Positions 60,148-64,000 of a stretch of 64,000 nt of DNA are shown here, in pieces. Made by a program: the position numbers and the translations under genes. The DNA is from an uncultured Alphaproteobacteria bacterium (GTDB lineage Bacteria; Pseudomonadota; Alphaproteobacteria; Sphingomonadales; Sphingomonadaceae), in the NCBI GenBank assembly GCA_963783195.1, contig CAWAMV010000001.1:642-64641 (forward strand), in the 5' to 3' direction. The number at the start of each line of letters is the position of its first letter. The stretch's first letter is position 1. The notes beneath the pieces were generated by a model. The model did not search any database. It worked only from the letters and a program-made list of their open reading frames with translations, and was not told where the DNA came from.

Positions 60148-63120
60148 TCAGGCGACCAGTCTTTGCGGGCGTGAGCCCAGAAGGGGAGGCACTTCGCACG
60201 CTCCGATAGCCTTGCCAAAGTAAAATCCTTGTCCGAGGTTGCATCCCTCCGCCACAAGAAGACGTTTCTGTAGCTCGGTTTCGACGCCTTCAGCGACCAC
60301 ATCGATCTTGAGGCTGCGAGAAAGGTCTATGATCGCAGAAACGATAGCCTTCACCTCTGTATCATCGACAATCCTCTCGATGAACGACCGGTCGATCTTG
60401 ACGACGTCGACAGGAAAGTCACGGAGATGAGAAAGTGATGAGTGACCGGTGCCGAAATCATCTAGCGCTATTCTGACCCCTGCTTGGTTTAGCAAGCTGA
60501 GAGCACGAGCCACGTGATCGGACCCCCGCTCAAGAAAGACATGTTCGGTGACCTCGACTTCAATAAGTGAAGGGGGAATAGAAAACTCGTTCATTCTCTC
60601 GATGAACCGTTCGGCGAAATCATCGCGAAGAAACTCGGCCGGGGCAGCGTTTATGGCGATAAAACCAACCGGGAGATCTTGATCGAGCCAGCCACGTAAA
60701 TCGCGAAAAACCCGTCTCTGCATCAGATCGCCGATTTTTGCGGCGAGCTCGTAGTCTTTGAACGCTTCGAGGACGGTGTCGGGTGCCTGTAGTCCCCGCG
60801 TGTCGTGGCGCCAGCGCAAGAGCGCCTCCATCCCGGCAATCTGCCCGGTCAACAGATCGACCTTTTGCTGGTAGTGCGGTTCAACCGACTTTTCGGTAAT
60901 GGCCAGGCGAGCCATTCCCAACTGAGATGCGACAAGCTGGGCACGCTCCCGCATGAAGCCCTGGAACATCTGGGTCCCACCTCTTCCGCCCTCCTTGAGC
61001 GCATACAGCGCAATATCGGCGCTTTTCATGAGTTCGTTAGCGCTTTGCGCGTCCGCGGGGAAAACCGCGCCGCCGATACTTGCCCCTGCGGTGATGTTGC
61101 GGCCCTCAAAGCGAACGGAACGCCGCAAGCGCTCGATGATGGCATTTCCGATCCGCATCGGGTCACAGGCGCCGCTCGGCCCCTCTAGCACGATCGCGAA
61201 CTCGTCCCCGCCGAGCCGGGCGACGAAGTCGCCTGCTCGGACGGATCCCTGCAGGCGTCGCGAAACAATCTTCAGCAGGTGGTCGCCGGCTGCATGCCCG
61301 AGAGTGTCATTGACGTGTTTGAAGTAGTCGAGATCGAGAAGGAGTAATGCGACGTCGCCGCCCGAACGCATCGCACGAATCGTTGCTGCCCGCAGATGGC
61401 TTTCAAAGGCCCTGCGGTTGGGTAGTCCGGTAAGAGCGTCGTGTTCACTTGCCCACTTCAGCCGTTCGGAGGTTTCCCTTTGAAGAGTGATGTCTCGCGA
61501 GATCGACAACACCCGCGTGATCTCTCCGACTTCGTCCTCGATCGGAGTGACAACCACGTCCCACCATCTAGGCTTTCCCGAGGCGGTGGGACAGAAACCG
61601 GTGAATCGGACGATCTCGCCTAAAAGGGCTTTGTCGATCCATTTTTGCGCTGCCTCCCGACCTTCCTCTGGAACGAACGAGGGCCAGCTTTTGCCTCGTA
61701 TCGCGTCAAGACACTCGAACTCCAATGCGCGCAGCCCTGGCTCATTCATGAAGTCGAGAGTTCCGTCCGCAAGAATGATCTTGATGCAGTCGGCACTTGA
61801 ATCGAGGACGCATTCCTGGACGCTGCGGCTTTCGTGCAGGGCGCTCTGAGCAGTGACCCGGTCGTGAATGTCCGTGCACGTCCCATACCAGCGGACGATT
61901 TCTCCGCGCTCATTCCTCTCTGCTGTAGCTCGTCCAAGCACCCAGCGAAATCCGTCTGCGTGATGACGCAGGCGATACTCGATTTCGTACGGTTCGCCCG
62001 TTCTCAGTGAGTGACGCCATTCTTCCCAGGCTCTTTCCTGGTCATCTGGATGGAACATTCCGCTCCATTCTTCTCCATCGGTCGACCCCTCTGGCACCCC
62101 TGTGAAAGCATACCAGGCACGGTTATAGTAATCGTGGTAACCGTCGGGGCGTGTGCACCAAACCATCTGGGGAATGTTATCGAGTGTCTTATTGAGTTGC
62201 ACTTTGCGCTCGCGAAGAGCCGCTTCAGCACGCTTTCGACCATCGATGTTGCGGAAGAAGACGGTAATCCCCTCTGCGATTGGAGCCGCGTGCACCTGGT
62301 ACCAGTGTTCGAGACCTGGCATGTAGGCTTCGAGCTCGCTCGGCTTCCTGTCGTGCATCACACCTTGGTAAGCCGCCCAGAAATCGGTGTTTTCCAGCTG
62401 CGGAAAAACGTCCAGAACATGTTCTCCGACTAGACATTTCCCGCCGCCAATTTCCGCCTGAGCTCGGCCGTTTAGATAAGTGAATCGCCACTCACGATCG
62501 ACACTGAACACGCAGTCTGTCGTGCTCTCAAGCACTTGGGCCAAACGCTTTGCATACTCACCCATCGTGTGCTGCGCCTCGACATTGGCCTGTCTTGCAC
62601 AATGTTCGTCAGTCACATCGCTAATCATTCCCTCAAGGCATAAGGCTTCCCCGCCTGCTGCGTAGACAGCGTGGCCGCGTTCTCTGACCCATCGTACCTC
62701 GCCCGAGCGATGCAAAATCCGATACGTCGCAGAGAAGGGCTCTCTTTCAGCGATGGCGACCGCTACCTTTTCCCGGACCGTGTCCACATCTTCCGGACAC
62801 ATGAGCGATTGCCAGCCACCGTCCTCAAGTTCTGTCGCGGAATAGCCGGTCAGATTGCCGACCCCTTGGCTGACAAAACCCATCTTCCACGGTGGACTCA
62901 AATCGGATCTGTAGAAGATACCTGACAGCACTTTGAGCAGCGACGTTAGCTTGCGCTGGCTTTCAATGAGGTCGTCTCCCGGTGCAGGCGGCAATATCGA
63001 AAGCCCCTCTTCATCGGCTGCTCTGCGGACCGGCCGGTGGCTCTGCAAATCAAGATCGGCTGCTCGTTCGTGATGTGACGAGCGCTTTCTCCGGGACGCA
63101 GTAACTGATTGTGAACCCAT
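60148..63120 (-). CDS. Multi-PAS / GGDEF / EAL signalling protein
   Basis: 990-aa ORF with several PAS/PAC-like repeats, a GGDEF domain (HDALTGLPNRRAF, RLGGDEFAI) and an EAL domain (MEALLRW, DDFGTGHSSLSHL, VAEGVET). Confidence 0.9.
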   Translation of the reverse strand: MGSQSVTASRRKRSSHHERAADLDLQSHRPVRRAADEEGLSILPPAPGDDLIESQRKLTSLLKVLSGIFYRSDLSPPWKMGFVSQGVGNLTGYSATELEDGGWQSLMCPEDVDTVREKVAVAIAEREPFSATYRILHRSGEVRWVRERGHAVYAAGGEALCLEGMISDVTDEHCARQANVEAQHTMGEYAKRLAQVLESTTDCVFSVDREWRFTYLNGRAQAEIGGGKCLVGEHVLDVFPQLENTDFWAAYQGVMHDRKPSELEAYMPGLEHWYQVHAAPIAEGITVFFRNIDGRKRAEAALRERKVQLNKTLDNIPQMVWCTRPDGYHDYYNRAWYAFTGVPEGSTDGEEWSGMFHPDDQERAWEEWRHSLRTGEPYEIEYRLRHHADGFRWVLGRATAERNERGEIVRWYGTCTDIHDRVTAQSALHESRSVQECVLDSSADCIKIILADGTLDFMNEPGLRALEFECLDAIRGKSWPSFVPEEGREAAQKWIDKALLGEIVRFTGFCPTASGKPRWWDVVVTPIEDEVGEITRVLSISRDITLQRETSERLKWASEHDALTGLPNRRAFESHLRAATIRAMRSGGDVALLLLDLDYFKHVNDTLGHAAGDHLLKIVSRRLQGSVRAGDFVARLGGDEFAIVLEGPSGACDPMRIGNAIIERLRRSVRFEGRNITAGASIGGAVFPADAQSANELMKSADIALYALKEGGRGGTQMFQGFMRERAQLVASQLGMARLAITEKSVEPHYQQKVDLLTGQIAGMEALLRWRHDTRGLQAPDTVLEAFKDYELAAKIGDLMQRRVFRDLRGWLDQDLPVGFIAINAAPAEFLRDDFAERFIERMNEFSIPPSLIEVEVTEHVFLERGSDHVARALSLLNQAGVRIALDDFGTGHSSLSHLRDFPVDVVKIDRSFIERIVDDTEVKAIVSAIIDLSRSLKIDVVAEGVETELQKRLLVAEGCNLGQGFYFGKAIGACEVPPLLGSRPQRLVA

Positions 63121-63320
63121 TTTGAGACCCCCGCCGCGCTGTTAGCGGTCGGATGGTAAACAAACCGGTTCGATCGGACTGCGGGGAATTCCGAACTCCT
63201 AAAGGGATCCTGCCAGAAAGCTTGGTCTGGTGGGTGGACGCCCCCTCGACGGCACTGACGTGCCGAAGTGGATGGTTGAACATAAATCGAGGAGGTCGAC
63301 CGAGAGACCGAGAAAGCATC

Positions 63321-63397
63321 TCGCTCGCCGCTGGCGCAGTGGCAGAACCTCATGGCCGCGGCGTGCCGGTCAAAAAGAGAGCTGCGTCAGCCGGACA
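63321..63397 (+). mobile_element. Degenerate IS6 right-end remnant
   Basis: TCGCTCGCCGCTGGCGCAGTGGCAGAACCTCATGGCC...GCTGCGTCAGCCGGA parallels the ..RSAALAEWQNLMA* ...GTGTCAGCCGGAGAG segment of the subtype A copies. Confidence 0.45.
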
Positions 63398-63490
63398 CTA
63401 GTTGTGCTTATACAGTCAGCTAAGTCCAAAAGGCTGAGGGGCGCCGAAGCGTGAAATTTGGGCAAGGTGAGCAGTCTGACGAATCCGTGG

Positions 63491-64000
63491 TCAGGCGCAG
63501 ACAAGATGGGTCGAGGCGCTTTCCTTGGCGTTGTAGAGCGCTCGGTCTGCTTCCGTGAACAGCTCTTGTGGATCGAAATCGCCCGAAGACGGCGCACACG
63601 CCAGACCTGCGGAGGCCCCCAACGGCAACAGCCTGCCGTCCCAGGGCACAGGGGAAAGCAGCTGAGTGACCAACACACTGATTTCGCCGTGTGTCGCTGC
63701 ACGCGACTGGAGAGGCGGGAGCAGCACAGCGAATTCGTCCCCGCCAATTCGTGCGATCAGTTCTGCCCGGCTGAACGCCTCGCGAAGTCGTTTCGCAAAG
63801 GCAACCAGGCAGGCGTCTCCTGCGGCATGACCCCACCAGTCGTTGACCTGTTTGAACCCATCCAGATCGAAGAGCAGCAAAGCCCCTGTTGATTTGAGCG
63901 CCGGTGCGTGTCTCGGCTGCTCCAGAAAGCGCTGAAAGGGAGCGCGGTTGGCGAGTCCGGTCAGCGGATCGCACTCGGCTTGAGCACGGAGCCTTTCCCA
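63491..64000 (-). CDS. Diguanylate cyclase (GGDEF domain), N-terminus beyond window end
   Basis: The frame of ORF 63491-63880 stays open to the window edge: ..DPLTGLANRAPFQRFL..LLLFDLDGFKQVNDWWGHAAGDACL..RIGGDEFAVLL..ADRALYNAK. Confidence 0.8.
   Translation of the reverse strand, partial: WERLRAQAECDPLTGLANRAPFQRFLEQPRHAPALKSTGALLLFDLDGFKQVNDWWGHAAGDACLVAFAKRLREAFSRAELIARIGGDEFAVLLPPLQSRAATHGEISVLVTQLLSPVPWDGRLLPLGASAGLACAPSSGDFDPQELFTEADRALYNAKESASTHLVCA

Overview
High-GC, sphingomonad-like alphaproteobacterial DNA in two contrasting parts. Nothing is clearly a new system. The best leads are a shared palindromic operator in the catabolic island, a low-GC three-gene cargo, the HNH/GreA-like pair with its duplicated leader, and the wHTH-TPR/TonB_C-like paralog set. 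(1) About 0.5-31.5 kb is an aromatic or lignin-dimer catabolic island bracketed by IS6-family ends. It holds two lignostilbene-dioxygenase-type carotenoid oxygenases, two DUF3237 genes, tandem GMC oxidoreductases, two aldehyde dehydrogenases and two FAD monooxygenases. It also holds a CocE/NonD hydrolase, five SnoaL/NTF2-like domains, three MFS transporters, two TonB-dependent receptors, and MarR and LysR regulators. Seven of these genes carry frameshifts, four of them in one contiguous run at 19.7-26.2 kb. A TGAY-NN-RTCA palindrome recurs in five promoter regions of the island. (2) About 31.5-64 kb is an insertion-sequence graveyard. I count at least 16 IS6-family copies or fragments, including stacked left ends. 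There is also an IS5 (IS427-like) element nested in an IS6, one IS110/IS1111-like element plus four further right-end relics, and an IS3 orfA remnant. Between the IS pieces lie lower-GC cargo patches:
- a three-gene island of unknown function;
- three paralogous wHTH-TPR regulators, two of them disrupted;
- two paralogous secreted TonB_C-like proteins;
- a frameshifted trimeric autotransporter adhesin;
- a TbpB-like lipoprotein;
- a USP / P-type ATPase / alcohol dehydrogenase module;
- an overlapping HNH / GreA-like gene pair with a duplicated ~226-bp leader;
- c-di-GMP signalling genes.
No tRNA, rRNA or CRISPR array was seen. All calls rest on reading the ORF translations and the sequence by eye; no database search was run.
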